Origin: Anaeramoeba ignava BMAN
Lineage: Eukaryota; Protista; Anaeramoebae
Direction: 5' to 3'
NCBI GenBank assembly: GCA_028826165.1
Contig: JAPDFW010000117.1
Coordinates: 1 to 64,000, forward strand
Length of the DNA stretch: 64,000 nucleotides
Under the pieces are notes generated by a model. It did no database searches. It was not told the origin of the DNA and saw only the letters and a list, made by a program, of their open reading frames with translations. Shown here one piece after another: positions 12,580 to 26,900 of this stretch. The position numbers and the translations under genes are program-made. Within the stretch, counting starts at the first letter, position 1. The number at the start of each line of letters is the position of its first letter.

Positions 12580-13670
12580 GAACAAATTCCAAATTTAATA
12601 ATAAATCAAAATTAATTAAAAAAAGAGATATTTTAAAGATCAAAATGAAAAAGATCAATAAATAAATTGAAAAATTATTTTATTAATTTTTAAAAGAAAT
12701 AAAGTATTGATTAATTTATTATTAATTTATATTCCTTTTTTATTTTAATTTTTTAAAACACTTCCAAATTTAATAATAAATCAAAATTAATTAAAAAAGA
12801 GATATTTTAAAGATCAAAATAAAAAGATCAATAAATAAATTGAAAAAAATATTTTATTAATTTTTTAAAAGAAATGAAGTATTGATTAATTTATTATTAA
12901 TTTATATTCCTTTTTATTTTAATTTTTAAAATATTTCCAAATTTAATAATAAATTAAAATATTATTTATTTTTGATATTTTTTTATTAATCCAAAATTTT
13001 AATTTAAAATAAATTGAAAAATATTTTATTAATTTTTAAAAGAAATAAAGTATTGATTAATTTATTATTAATTTATATTCCTTTTTATTTTAATTTTTAA
13101 AACATTTCTAAATTTAATAATAAATTAAAATATTATTTATTTTTGATATTTTTTTATTAATCCAAAATTTTAATTTAAAATAAATTGAAAAAATATTTTA
13201 TTAATTTTTAAAAGAAATGAAGTAATGATTAATTTATTATTAATTTATATTCCTTTTTATTTTAATTTTTTTAAAACATTTCCAAATTTAATAATAAATT
13301 AAAAATTAATTAAAAAAGATATTTTAAAGATCAATTCAAAAATTTGTTTTTGTTTTTGAAAAATTTTTTTTTTGTTTTTGTTTTTGTTTTTGTTTTTGTT
13401 GATATTTTTATTATTTTTTTATATTTTTCTCAAAATTTAATTTTTTAAAAAATTTCCAAAGGTTTTAATAATAAACAAAAAATATTATTTATTTTTGATA
13501 TTTTTATTAATCCAAAATTTTAATTTAAAATAAATTGAAAAAATATTTTATTAATTTTTAAAAGAAATGAAGTAATGATTAATTTATTATAAATTTATGT
13601 TCCTTTTTATTTTAATTTTTTAAAACATTTCTAAATTTAATAATAAATTAAAATTAATTAAAAACAAAAC
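12580..13670. repeat. AT-rich tandem array, ~172-175-bp unit, ~6 copies (one degenerate)
   Basis: TT(A)TATTCCTTTTTATTTT marker at ~12732, 12907, 13078, 13250, 13600. Confidence 0.85.
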
Positions 13671-13824
13671 ATTTGACATTCAAAAAAAATTTGTTTTTTG
13701 TTTTTGTTTTTTGTTTTTTGTTTTTGTTTTTTGTTGATCATTTTTTATTCTTTTTTTTTGTTGATCATTTTTCTCAAATTCAAAAAATTTGGAAAATCAA
13801 AAAAAAAAAATAGAGAAAGGTTTT

Positions 13825-16800
13825 ATGCAAGAAAAACAACAAAAAATAATTGTAATTGGAAATTATGAATTAATTAGAACAATTGGACAAGGAAGTTTTG
13901 GAAAAGTTAAATTAGCAAAACATATTTTTACAAATGAAAAAGTAACTTAATTCAAATAAAAAAAAAAGTGGAACAAAAAAAAATTATTTTTCAAAATTCT
14001 TTTTTTTGTTTTTTTTTGTAAAAAAGGTTGCTATTAAAATTATAAGTAAAAAAACTCTTATTTTAGATCCTGCAGCTCGAATTAGATTTAAAAGAGAAAT
14101 TAAAATTTTGAAATTAATTGATCATCCTTTTATTATTAAATTATTGGAAGTTATTGAAGATAAAAATTATTTTTATATAATAACTGAATTTGCTGAAGGT
14201 GGAGAATTATTTGATTATATTGTTGCTCATAAAAGAGTTAAAGAACCAATTGCTCGAAGATTCTTTCGTCAAATGATTGAAGGTAAACAATTTAAAATAT
14301 AAATCAAAATCAAAATCAAAATCAAAATCAAAATCAAAATCAAAATCAAAATCAAAATCAAAATCAAAATCAAAATCAAAATCAAAATTAAAATTAAAAT
14401 TAAAATCAAAATCAAAATCAAAATCAAAATCAAAATCAAAATCAAAATCAAAATCAAAATTAAAATTAAAATCAAAATAAAAATCAAAATCAAAATCAAA
14501 ATCAAAATCAAAATCAAAATTAAAATCAAAATAAAAATCAAAATCAAAATCAAAATCAAAATCAAAATCAAAATCAAAATCAAAATCAAAATCAAAATCA
14601 AAATCAAAATCAAAATCAAAATCAAAATCAAAATCAAAATCAAAATCAAAATCAAAATCAAAATCAAAATCAAAATCAAAAATCAAAATCAAAATCAAAA
14701 TCAAAATCAAAATCAAAATTAAAATTAAAATCAAAATCAAAATCAAAATCAAAATCAAAATCAAAATCAAAATCAAAATCAAAATCAAAATCAAAATCAA
14801 AATTAAAATCAAAATCAAAATCAAAATCAAAATCAAAATCAAAATCAAAATCAAAATCAAAATCAAAATCAAAATCAAAATCAAAATCAAAATCAAAATC
14901 AAAATCAAAATCAAAATCAAAATCAAAATCAAAATCAATTTATTATTTTAGGAGTTGAATATTGTCATCGATTAAATATTGTTCATAGAGATCTCAAACC
15001 TGAAAATCTTCTATTAGATTCTAGACTAAATATTAAGATTATAGATTTTGGATTATCAAATTTTACAAGAACAGATTTCTTACTAAAAACTCCATGTGGT
15101 TCACCTTCTTATAGTGCACCAGAATTAATTCAAGGAAAATTATATAATGGTGAAAAAATAGATATTTGGTCTTTAGGAATCATTTTATTTGCTTTAATTG
15201 TTGGTCGACTTCCTTTTTATGATCAAAATATCCGAATTCTTTCTAAAAAAATTACTTCAGGAAATTTTCAAATACCTTCTGATTTGTCTTCAGAAGTAAT
15301 TGATCTTATTCAAAATATCATTCAAATTAATCCAGAAAAAAGATTTTCAATCAAACAAATTAAAAAACATCCTTGGTTTTCATTTGAATCCCAAAATTTT
15401 AAATCATCAAAAAATCTTTTTTCTCATTTATCAACAAAAGATCATTTTATAGATTTTGAGATTATTGAAAAAATGAAAAAATATGGATTTAATTCTGAAG
15501 AAATTCTTAGCAATTTACAAAAAAATGAACATAATTCTTTGACAGCAACTTATTGTTTATTAAAACAGAAAAATTTAAGGAAAAAGGAAGAAAAGAATAA
15601 GAGATTAAAATTATTTAAGAATTTGCAATCTCATCGAATTCAGAATCAAAAACAAAATCAAAATCAAAATCAAAATCAAAATCAAAATCAAAATCAAAAT
15701 CAAAATCAAAATCAAAATCAAAATCAAAATCAAAATCAAAATCAAAATCAAAATCAAAATATAAATCAAAATCAAAATCAAAATCAAAATCAAAATCAAA
15801 ATCAAAATCAAAATCAAAATCAAAATCAAAATCAAAATCAAAATCAAAATCAAAATCAAAATCAAAATCAAAATCAAAATCAAAATCAAAATCGAAATCA
15901 AAATCAAAATCAAAAATCAAATCAAAATCAAAATCAAAATCAAAATCAAAAAATCAAAATCAAAATCAAATCAAAATCAAAATCAAAATCAAAATCAAAA
16001 TCAAAATCAAAATCTAAATCAAAAAAATCAAAATCAAAATCAAAATCAAAATCAAAAATCAAAATCAAAATCAAAATCGAAATCAAAATCAAAATCAAAA
16101 TCAAAATCAAAATCAAAATCAAAATCAAAATCAAAATCAAAATCAAAATCAAAATCAAAATCAAAATATAAAAATCAAAATCAAAATCAAAATCAAAATC
16201 AAAATCAAAATCAAAATCAAAATCAAAATCAAAATCAAAATCAAAATCAAAATCAAAATCAAAATATAATTCAAAATCAAAATCAAAATCAAAATATAAA
16301 TCAAAATCAAAATCAAAATCAAAATATAAATCAAAATCAAAATCAAAATCAAATTCAAAATCAAATTATAAACCAAAATCAAAATCAAAAATTGAATTTA
16401 TTAACAAATTCGAATAGAAATCAAAATAGAAATCAAATTGAATTCAAACAAATAATTGGATTTTCTCCAATTAAAAAAAAACAAACATTAAAATTTGACT
16501 TGTTCCAATTGATGAAAAAAAAGAATTAAAAAAGAATGAAATAAACGAAGTAAAAGAAATAAAGGAAGAAAATGAAGAAAAAGTGGAAATTTTCAAAAAA
16601 GAAAAAACTCAAAAAAATCAAATTAATAAAATAAGAAGAGCTTCAATTCAATTTGGAGAATTAAAAACTAAACAAATTCCAAAAAAACCAAATCGAAGAA
16701 AATCAGAACAAATTCCTCAAAAAATACAAAAAGAAATAATTACAAATATTGAAAATGAAATGGAAAAAGAAAAAGAAAAAGAAAAAGAAAAACCAAAAGA

Positions 16801-17077
16801 AATTAGAGGAGCTTTTGATGCTTCAACAACAAGTACAAAATCAAGAAAGAAAATTATGAATGAATGTTTAAGAGTTTTAAATCCAAATCAATTTCCAATT
16901 AAAAAAATTTCCGATTTTGCTTTTAAAACAAAAGTGGGTGTTGTTCAATTTGAAGTTGAAATTGTTCAAATTCCAAATCTTAGAGGAGTAAATATTATTA
17001 AATTTAAAAGAATTGCTGGAGATATTTGGAAATTTCAAAGTGTTTGGAGTGATTTAGTTTCCAAAATGAAACTTTAA
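13825..17077 (+). CDS. MARK/SNF1-family (CAMK group) kinase with UBA, long poly-(NQ) linker and C-terminal KA1 domain
   Basis: Exons 13825-13941, 14027-14282, 14952-17077. [43 protein letters not shown]-like ..[15 protein letters not shown]1 [31 protein letters not shown]. Several single-base indels at 15950-16500 break the frame (probably consensus errors). Confidence 0.88.
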
Positions 17078-17147
17078 AAAAAAAATGAAAAAAAAAAATT
17101 GTGAAAAATTTTTTCATTTTTTTCTCTTTCTTTTTTTATAAAAATTT

Positions 17148-17963
17148 ATGCTTTCAAAAATTTCTAATTTTTCTTCTAATCATTCTGTTGATAAATTTGT
17201 TTTGTCTCAAAATTTTTCTAATTTTGTTGGGAATTTTGCAGAAGAAGAAATTTATAAGAGGAAAAAAGAAATGAGAAAAGAAATCAAAAAGAAGTTACAA
17301 AAAATAAAGTCTGAAGAAATTGAAACAAGATGTGAAATTTATATAAAATGAAATTTAAATAATATTTTTGGATTTGATTTTGATTTTGATTTTGATTTTG
17401 ATTTTGATTTTGATTTAGCAAAAAAAATAGTTGAAAAATTATTTGAACATCCAAAATTTTTAAATAGCAAATCAATATCAGTTTTTGTTAGTTCAAAAAA
17501 ATTAAAAGAAGTGGAAACAAAAGAAATTATCAAGAAAATATTAAAAGATGGAGTCAAAAAATGTTTTGTACCAAGAATAGAATCAATAGAGAAAAGTGAG
17601 ATGAAAATGTATAGAATTTATGATGAAGAAGATTATCAAGAAATGATAGCAAAAGGTGATAAAAAGGAATTATTTGAACCAAATCCATTTTACAAATCAA
17701 AAGGAAGAGAAGAAGCAATTGATTCGAAAACGTTAGATTTAATTCTTGTTCCAGGTCTTGGATTTGATTATAAAAATCATCGTCTTGGAAGAGGAAAAGG
17801 TTTTTATGATAATTATATCCAAAAATGCAATCAATTTTATTCTTTGTTTTCTCTTCCAAAGCCTTATTTGATTGGGTTAGCTTTTGCTGAGCAATTGGTT
17901 AAAGAAATTCCTGTTACTAAAAATGATAAAAATCTTGATGAAGTTATTACCGATGAAGATTAA
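17148..17963 (+). CDS. MTHFS: 5-formyltetrahydrofolate cyclo-ligase with N-terminal extension, 2 exons
   Basis: Exons 17148-17331, 17419-17963. KKEMRKEI, EVET, CFVPRI, LDLILVPGLGFDYKNHRLGRGKGFYD, EQLVKEIPV..ND..LDEVI. Confidence 0.93.
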
Positions 17964-18057
17964 TGAAATTTTGAATAATCTTTAAATCATTTCCGAATAA
18001 TTTTCAATAAAATTTTTTTGATTTTAAATATACTTTTAATTTGAATTTACTTTTATT

Positions 18058-20490
18058 AAATTGAATATTGAATATTGAATTGAATTGAATTAAATATTGA
18101 ATTGAATTGAATATTAAATATTGAATTGAATTGAATTTAATATTGAATTGAATTGAATTGAATTGAATTGAATATTGAATATTGAATATTGAATATTGAA
18201 TATTGAATATTGAATATTGAATATTGAATATTGAATTGAATATTGAATTGAATTGAATATTGAATTGAATTGAATTAAATTGAATTGAATTAAATTGAAT
18301 TGAATTGAATTGAATGGAATTGAATTGAATTGAATTGAATTGAATTGAATGAATTGGAAATGAATTGAATTGAATGAATTGGAATTGAATATTAAATATT
18401 GAATGGAATTGAAATTGAATATTTAAATTGGAATTGAATATTCGAATTCAAATATTAAATATTGATAAAATTGAATATTGAATCGAATATTGAATTGAAA
18501 TGGAATTAAATATTGAATTGAATATTGAATTGGAATTGAATATTGAAATTGAAATTGAATTGAATAAATGGAATGAATCGAATATTGGAATCGAATTTGA
18601 ATTGAATATTGAATTGAATATAAATATTGAATTGAATATTGAAATTGAATTGAATAGAAAATTGGTGAATTGAATATTGAATTGAAATGAATTAAAATAT
18701 TGAATTGAATATTGAATCGAATTGAATTGAATATTGAATTGGAATATAAAAAATTGAATTAAAATTGAATTGAATATTGAATGGAATTGAAATTTGAATA
18801 TTGGAATCGAATTGAAATTGAATTGAATTAAATATTGAATTGAATTGAATTGAATCGAATATTGAATTGAATGGGAATATTGAATCGAAATTGAAATTGA
18901 ATGAAATTGAATATTGGGAATTGAATTGGAATATTCAAATATTGGAAAATTGAATATTAAATATTGAAATTGAATTGAATGAATATTAAATTTGAATTGA
19001 ATCGAATTGAAATGAATATTGAAATTGAAATTGGGAATATTGAATTGAAATTGAAATTGGTGAATGGAATTGAATGAATATTGAATGGAATTGAAATTGA
19101 ATTGAATGGAATTGAATATTGGAATGAATTGAATTGAATTGAATTGGAAATTGAATTGAATATTGAATCAAAATTGAATTGAATATTAAAATTGAATCGA
19201 ATATGAATTGAATAAATATTGAATGAAAATTGAATGAATATTAAAATTGAATATTGAATCGAATTGAATTAAATTGAATTAAAATTGAATTGAATTGAAA
19301 TGGGAATTGAATTGGAATTGAATATTAAATATTGAATTAGGTGGAATTGAATTGAATTGAAATTGAAATTGAAATTGGAATTGAATATTGAATTGGAATT
19401 GAATTGAATAAATTGAATTGAATTGAATTGAAAATGAATCAAAATTGAATGGAATTGAATGGAATTGAAATTGAATTGGAATGAATTGATTGAAATTGAA
19501 ATTGAATGGAAAATTGAATAAATGAATGGAATTGAATGATTGAATTGAAATTGAATGAATTAAATATTGAATATTGAATGAATTGAATATGGAATATTGA
19601 AATCGAATAATGAATATTGAATTGAATCGAATGAAATGGAATATTGAATACGGAATTGAATATTGAATCAAATATTGAATATTGAATTGAAATGAATCGA
19701 ATGAATTGAATGAAATGACTGAAATGAATTGAATTGAATTGAATATTAAATTGAATCGAATGAATTGGAATGGAATGAATTGAAAAATTGAATATTGAAA
19801 TTGAATATTAAAAATCGAATATTGGAAAATTGAATTCGAAAATCGAATTGAATTCGAATTGAAATTGAATTGAAATGAATGAATTGAAATTGAATATTGA
19901 AATTGAATATTGAATAATTGAAATTGAATCGAATGAAATGAATATTGAAATTGGAATTGAATTGAAATGAGAATTGGAATTGAAATTGAATTGAATTGAA
20001 TGAATTGAATATTGAAATTGAATATTGAATATTGAAATTGAATATTGGAATGAATGAATGAATTGAATTGTGGAATTGAATTGAATAAATATTGAATATT
20101 AAATGAATTGAAATGAATTGAATATTGAATTGAATGAATGAATTGAATTGAAATTGAATCAAATATCGAATTGAATTGAATTGAAATTGAATGAATATTG
20201 AATATTGAATGAATTGAATGAAATTGAATATTGAAATTGAATGGAATTGAATTGAATTGAATTGAATTAAGGGAATTGAATTGAATTGAATATTGAATAT
20301 TGAATTGAATTGAATTGAATTGAATTGAATTGAATTGAATTGAATTGAATTGAATTGAATATTGAATTGAATTGAATTGAATTGAATATTGAATTTAATT
20401 GAATTGAATTGAATTGAATTTGTTTAAATTTTCAAATTAAATTAAATTAAATTGAATAAATTGAATTGAATTGAATTGAATTGAATTGAA
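18058..20490. repeat. (ATTGA)n pentamer satellite with ATATTGA variants, ~2.4 kb
   Basis: Clean ATTGA runs at both edges, heavily degenerate centre. Confidence 0.9.
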
Positions 20491-20982
20491 TAATTTGTTC
20501 CACTTTCTTAAATTAAATTGATTAAATTGATTAAAAAATTGTTTTAAAAAAAAAATAAATTAAAAAAAATATGTAAATATAATTTATTATTAATATAAAA
20601 AAATATATAAATAAATAAATAAATTAAATCCCCTTTCAATATTTTAATTTTTAATTTTTAATTTTTAATTTAATTTTTTAATTGAAAAAAATTTTTTTTT
20701 TGTTTTTATGATTGTCATTTTTTTCCTCTCTTTCTTTTCCTTTTTTTTTTTTTTAAATTATAAAAAAAAAACAAAAAGAATTTTTAATTCAAAAAAAATT
20801 TTTTTTGAATAATTTAAATATAAATTCCAACAAATCAAACAAAAGAAAAAAATCAAGCAAAAAAGAAAAGAAAACAGAAAATAAAAAAACAATTTTATTA
20901 AATTTATAAAAGAAAATCCAAATTATAAAAAATAAAAACAAAACAAAATTTTTCAACGGAAAATAAGAATTAAATAAAAAAA

Positions 20983-23900
20983 ATGAATGAAAAAGAAGAA
21001 CCAAAAGTATCAAGAATAAAAAGGGGAATTCAAAGAAGAAGTCAATCAATATTTAAAAAACCACCAAAAACAGAGTTACCAAGATTTGATTTGGAAAAGC
21101 CTCAATTGAACCGAACAATAAAAACAAGTTCCAGATCGATATCAATGCTTGACGTTCAAAAAATCAATGAAAAAACAAGTTCTGTTCGTCAAAAAATAAA
21201 AAATTATTTACAACCGCAATTCAAACCTCAAGAAGAAAATGAACAGAATGAACAACAGCAAAAAGATGCTAAAAGGCTTTACGGTAAATTGGCTAAGGAT
21301 AGATCTCCTCGTACTACTCGTAATTCTAAGCAAGTTCATTTTGCTGTTGAATCAACTCCAACTAATTCTCCTCTTCACGGTCAAAGTCAAAATCAAAGTC
21401 AAAATCAAAGTCAAGAAGGTATGATTTAATATAATTTTAACTAATATTTTTTATTTTTTTATTTATTTATATTTACTTATTTAATTTATTTACATTTATT
21501 TTTTTATTTATATTTACTTTTTTATTTACATTTACTTTTACATTTACATTTACATTTACATTTACATTTACATTTACATTTACATTTACATTTACTTTTA
21601 TATTTACTTTTTTATTTACATTTACATTTACATTTACATTTACTTTTACATTTACATTTACTTTACTTTTTTATTTATATTTATATTTACATTTACATTT
21701 ACTTTTACATTCAAAACAAAATTCCAATTAAAATATAAAATTAAAATTAAAATTAAAATTAAAATTAAAATTAAAATTAAAATTAAAATTAAAATTAAAA
21801 TTAAAATTCAAATTAAAATTAAATTAAAATTTAAAATTAAAATTAAAATTAAAATTAAAATTAAAATTAAAATTAAAATTAAAATTAAAATTAAAATTAA
21901 AATTAAAATTAAAATTAAAAATTAAAATTAAAATCAAAATTAAAATTGAAATTAAAATTAAAATTAAAATTAAAATTAAAATTAAAATTAAAATTAAAAT
22001 TAAAATTAAAATTAAAATTAAAATTAAAATTAAAATTAAAATTAAAATTAAAAATTAAAATTAAAATTAAAATTAAAATTAAATTTAAAATTAAAATTAA
22101 AAATTAAAATTAAAATTAAAATTAAAATTAAAATTAAAATTAAAATTAAAATTAAAATTAAAATTAAAATTAAAAATTAAAAATTAAAATTAAAATTAAA
22201 ATTAAAATTAAAATTAAAATTAAAATTAAAATTAAAATTAAAATTAAAATTAAAATTAAAATTAAAATTAAAATTAAAATTCAAAATTAAAATTAAAATT
22301 AAATTAAAATTAAAATTAAAATTAAAATTAAAATTAAAATTAAAATTAAAATCAAAATTAAATTTAAAATTAAAATTAAAATTAAAATTAAAATTAAAAT
22401 TAAAATTAAAATTAAAATTAAAATTAAAATTAAAATTAAAATTAAAATTAAAATTAAAATTAAAATTAAAATTAAAATTAAAATTAAAATTAAAATTAAA
22501 ATTAAAATTAAAATTAAAATTAAAATTAAAATTAAAATTAAAATTAAAATTAAAATTAAAATTAAAATTAAAATTAAAATTAAAATCAAAATCAAAATTA
22601 AAATCAAATTTAAAGTTATACAATTAAGAAAACAACTAGAAGATAAAGAAAAAGAATTAAGAACAGTAGCTGAATTAGGATTATTAGTATCAAAAGAAAA
22701 CAAAGCATTAATAGCTGAAATTGAAGATTTACAAAATCAATTATTAAATCATGAAGAAGATGAAAATATGCAAACAGAATTACAAGAAATTATTGATGAA
22801 CTTGAAGCTGAAAAAGCTGAACTAACCAAAAAAAATCAACATTTAGGTAGGCAAATAGAAGAAGCAAGTAAAACAAATTATTCTTATCTTCAACAGATTA
22901 ATCAATATGAAGAGGATATTGAAGATTTTAAAAAATCTGATAAACAATTATCAAGATTGAAATTGGAAAATACTGAATTAAAAAATGAAATTGATAATTT
23001 ACAATTACTTAAAAATCAAATCAAAACAATGTCAGAAGAAAAACAAGATCTTAAACAACAAATTTCAAAATTAGAAGTTGATAAAAGTAAAATTAAAATT
23101 AAAATTTAAAATTAAAATTAAATCAAAATTAAATTTATAATTAAAATTAAAAATTAAAATCAATATTAAAATTAAAATTAAAATCAAAATTAAAATTAAA
23201 ATTAAAATTAAAATTAAAATTAAAATTAAAATTAAAATTAAAATTAAAATTAAAATTAAAATTAAAATTAAAATTAAAATTAAAATTAAAATTAAAATTA
23301 AAATTAAAATTAAACTAAAATTAAAATTAAAATTAAATTTAAAATTAAAATTAAAATTAAAATTAAAATTAAAATTAAAATTAAAATTAAAATTAAAATT
23401 AAAATTAAAATTAAAATTAAAATTAAAATTAAAATTAAAATTAAAATTAAATTTAAAATCAAAATTAGCGTATTTATTAAAATCAAATTCAGAACTAAAT
23501 GATCAAATCGATCTTCTAAATGTAGATTATGACAGTTTAAAACTTGAATTAACCAATTTACAAACACAAGGAAGAAAATCAAATCAATATCAAATAGAAA
23601 TTCAACAACTTAAAACACAACTTGATTGGATGGAAAAATTTACAGTTTCATCAACAAAATTAGCAGAAACAGCAGAAACTATAATAGAAATTCATGTTAA
23701 AGATATAATGGATCAAGCAGATGAAGAAAAAAAAATGAATGAAGAAGCAAAAAGAACAATTTCTTTTTTGGTTCATAAACTTCCACTTCATTTTAAAAAA
23801 AAAACACTTGAAGAAAATAAAAAATTTTTTGAAGATGAATTTCATGATACTGATAGTGATTCTGATGATATTAATAGTGATAGTGATTTTGTTGAGAATG

Positions 23901-26900
23901 ATAATGTTCAAAATGGTGATGATTTTGGTTGGTTTGAATTGGATATTGATAAAGGAAATGAAGAAAATGGATTTTTAACTCTTTATGAAGATTCAAGAAG
24001 AAAACTTATTTATCTTGTAATTTTAAATTCAAATTAAATTAAATTAAAATCAAATTTAAAATTCAAAATTAAATTCAAAATTAAATTAAAAATTAAAATT
24101 AAAATTAAAAATCAAAATTAAAATCAAAATTAAATTCAAAATTAATTTATAAAATTAAATTCAAAATTAAAATTAAAATTAAAATTAAATTCAAAATTCA
24201 AAATTAAATTCAAAATTCAAAATTAAATTCAAAATTAAATTCAAAATTAAATTCAAAATTAAATTCAAAATTAAATTCAAAATTAAATTTAAAATTAAAT
24301 TCAAAATTAAATTCAAAATTAATTTATAAAATTAAATTCAAAATTAATTTATAAAATTAAATTCAAAATTAAATTCAAAATTAAATTCAAAATTCAAAAT
24401 TAAATTCAAAATTAAATTCAAAATTAAATTCAAAATTAAAATCAAAATTAAATTCAAAATTAAATTCAAAATTAAAATCAAAATTCAAAATTAAATTCAA
24501 AAAAATTAAAATTAAATTCAAAAAAAATTAAAATTAAAATCAAAATTAAATTCAAAATTAAATTTAAAATTAAATTTAAAATTAAATTCAAAATTAAAAT
24601 CAAATCAAAATTAAAATTAAATTCAAAATTAAATTCAAAATTAAATTCAAAATTAAATTCAAAATTAAATTCAAAATTAAATTTAAAATTAAAAATTAAA
24701 TTTAAAATTAAATTTAAAATTAAAATCAAAATTAAATTCAAAATTAAAATTTAAAATTAAATTTAATTTAAAAATTAAATTTAAAAAAATTTAAAATTCA
24801 AAATTAAAAATTAAAAAAATAAAATTAAAAAAAATTCTAAATTTATTAGTCTTATTTACTTGTTTTTGGAAAACTTTATTTGGATATGGAAACACAAAAA
24901 AATATCTCAGAAAAAGAAAAAAATGAATTACATGAAGAAATTCAAGAATTACAAAGAAAATTAAAACAAGAAATTGAAAAAAATAATAATTTAGAACAAA
25001 TTCTTCATAAAAAACTTAATGAATCTGAAAGTGGAATGAATGAACTTCAAAAAGAAAATGCAAGAAAAATTCAACTTTTAAATGATGAATTAAATAAATC
25101 TAAAGAAAATGAAAAAAAACTTCAAAAAGATTTAAATGCATCAGAAGAAAATAACCGACAATTACAAAATCAAATTGAAGAATTAAAACAATCACTTGAA
25201 AACCAAAAACAATTAACTGAAAGACAACAAAATTTAAACGATTCACTTAAAAAACAATTTGAAGAAAAACAGAAAGAAATGGAAGAAAGATTCCAAAAAG
25301 AAAAAGAAGTAAAAATTCAAAGAAAAACAATCTAGATTTTAAATTTAATTTTATAAATTTGTTTTTAATTTATTTTTGAAAAAGGAATTCGAGAATAAAA
25401 TCAAAAATCTTTTGGCAAATATCCAAAAACTTGAAGAAGAAAAGAAAAATCTTGATAACTTAATCAACGGAAAATATCAATTTGAAATTGACGATTATAA
25501 ATTCAAAATAAAACAACTCGGAGATAAAATTCAGGAATTAAACGACGTATTAAAAACTCAAGAAAACAAATTCAAAAAGGAAATTGAAGAAAATAACGAA
25601 AAATATGAAGATGAAATCAAATCATTAAACAAAAAATTGGAACAAGAAAAAAACTCAAACGAAAAATTAGAAGAACAAATAAAATTTCTTAAGAAACAAC
25701 TTGAAGACGAAGAAAAAATGCGGAAAAAATTGGAAGAACAAAAGAAGGAATTAGAAACCAATTTGCAAATAGCAAACGCAAGAGCAAATGCAGAATATCA
25801 AGAAAAAAAATCACTTGAAGAAGAGAATGTAAAATTAGAAAAGGAAATCAAAAAACTTCGTGCAGAAATTGCGGAATTAAAGAAAAAACTAGAAGAAGCA
25901 CTTTCAAAGGAGCCTCAAGTAGTAATAAAAGAGATATCAATACCGGTTCAGAGCGAACCTGAACCACCAGAAAGAGAAATAGATCTTTTGGAGCAATCAA
26001 TGATTGAGTATATCAATTTTATGTTCAAATACGACCGAGATTTAATTCATATTTTGCCAATGGGAGTTAAAACTCTTGATCTCATCTCGGCAAGTTTGGA
26101 CGGGATTCTTTTGTGCAAATTAATCAATCACGCAATTCCAGGAACAATTGACGAGCGTGTAATAAACATGAACAACCCTTCAGAAGAACAAATAATGGAA
26201 AATATTGTTCTTTGTTTAAATTCGGCAAAATCAATAGGTTGTAATGTTATTGGGATGAAAGCCGAGGAAATTATGAAGGGAGAAGAAACAACAATTCTTA
26301 ATCTTGCATGGGAAATCACAAAGATGGGGTTGCTTTCAAATGTTTCTTTTGAAAGACATCCCGAATTAATTCAACTTTGTGTTGATAAAGAAACAATTGA
26401 GGATATCCAAAAATTATCTCCCGAAGATGTTCTTCTGAAATGGTTCAACTATCATCTCAAGAAAGCCGGGCATCTCCGAAGAGTTTCAAACTTCAACGAA
26501 GACATCCGCGATTCTGAGAACATTGCGGTGCTTCTTCATCAACTCAGCCCTAAAAGATGCCCGATCCAAGGCTTTATCGAAGAAAGTGATTTCGATGTTC
26601 GCGCGGAACTTGTTGTTGCAAATGCAGCAAAACTTAACTGCAAATTCTTCATCTCAACACGCGCGATTGTTTCGGGTCAATATGAACAACTTAATTTGGC
26701 GTTTTTGGCTAATTTATTCCATACTCGCTCAGGTCTGCAAGCAACCCAACAAGAAATTTCAAAAACAGCACTTCAATACGACAAAAGTGGAACAAGAGAA
26801 GAACGCGCGTTCCGCATTTGGATCAACTCAATGGGTATCGAGCCCAAAGTGAATAATCTCTATGAAGATCTCAAGGACGGGATTATATTACTCAAGGTCT

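Noticed and set aside
16490-16500. In-frame TGA before the KA1-coding frame as stop-codon readthrough or an alternative genetic code
   Set aside because: The upstream sense continues in another frame, so this is an indel. All three stop codons end genes normally elsewhere in the window.
21740-22610. (TTAAAA)n as mis-basecalled telomeric TTAGGG or interstitial telomere
   Set aside because: It occurs inside many introns bounded by valid GT-AG sites, grades into TCAAAA variants and is shared between paralogues; no TTAGGG is seen.
26523-26852. Alternative-frame and antisense ORFs within fimbrin, CAX, CHMP7, LRR and importin genes
   Set aside because: Short, no recognisable motifs, and expected by chance in the more GC-rich exons.
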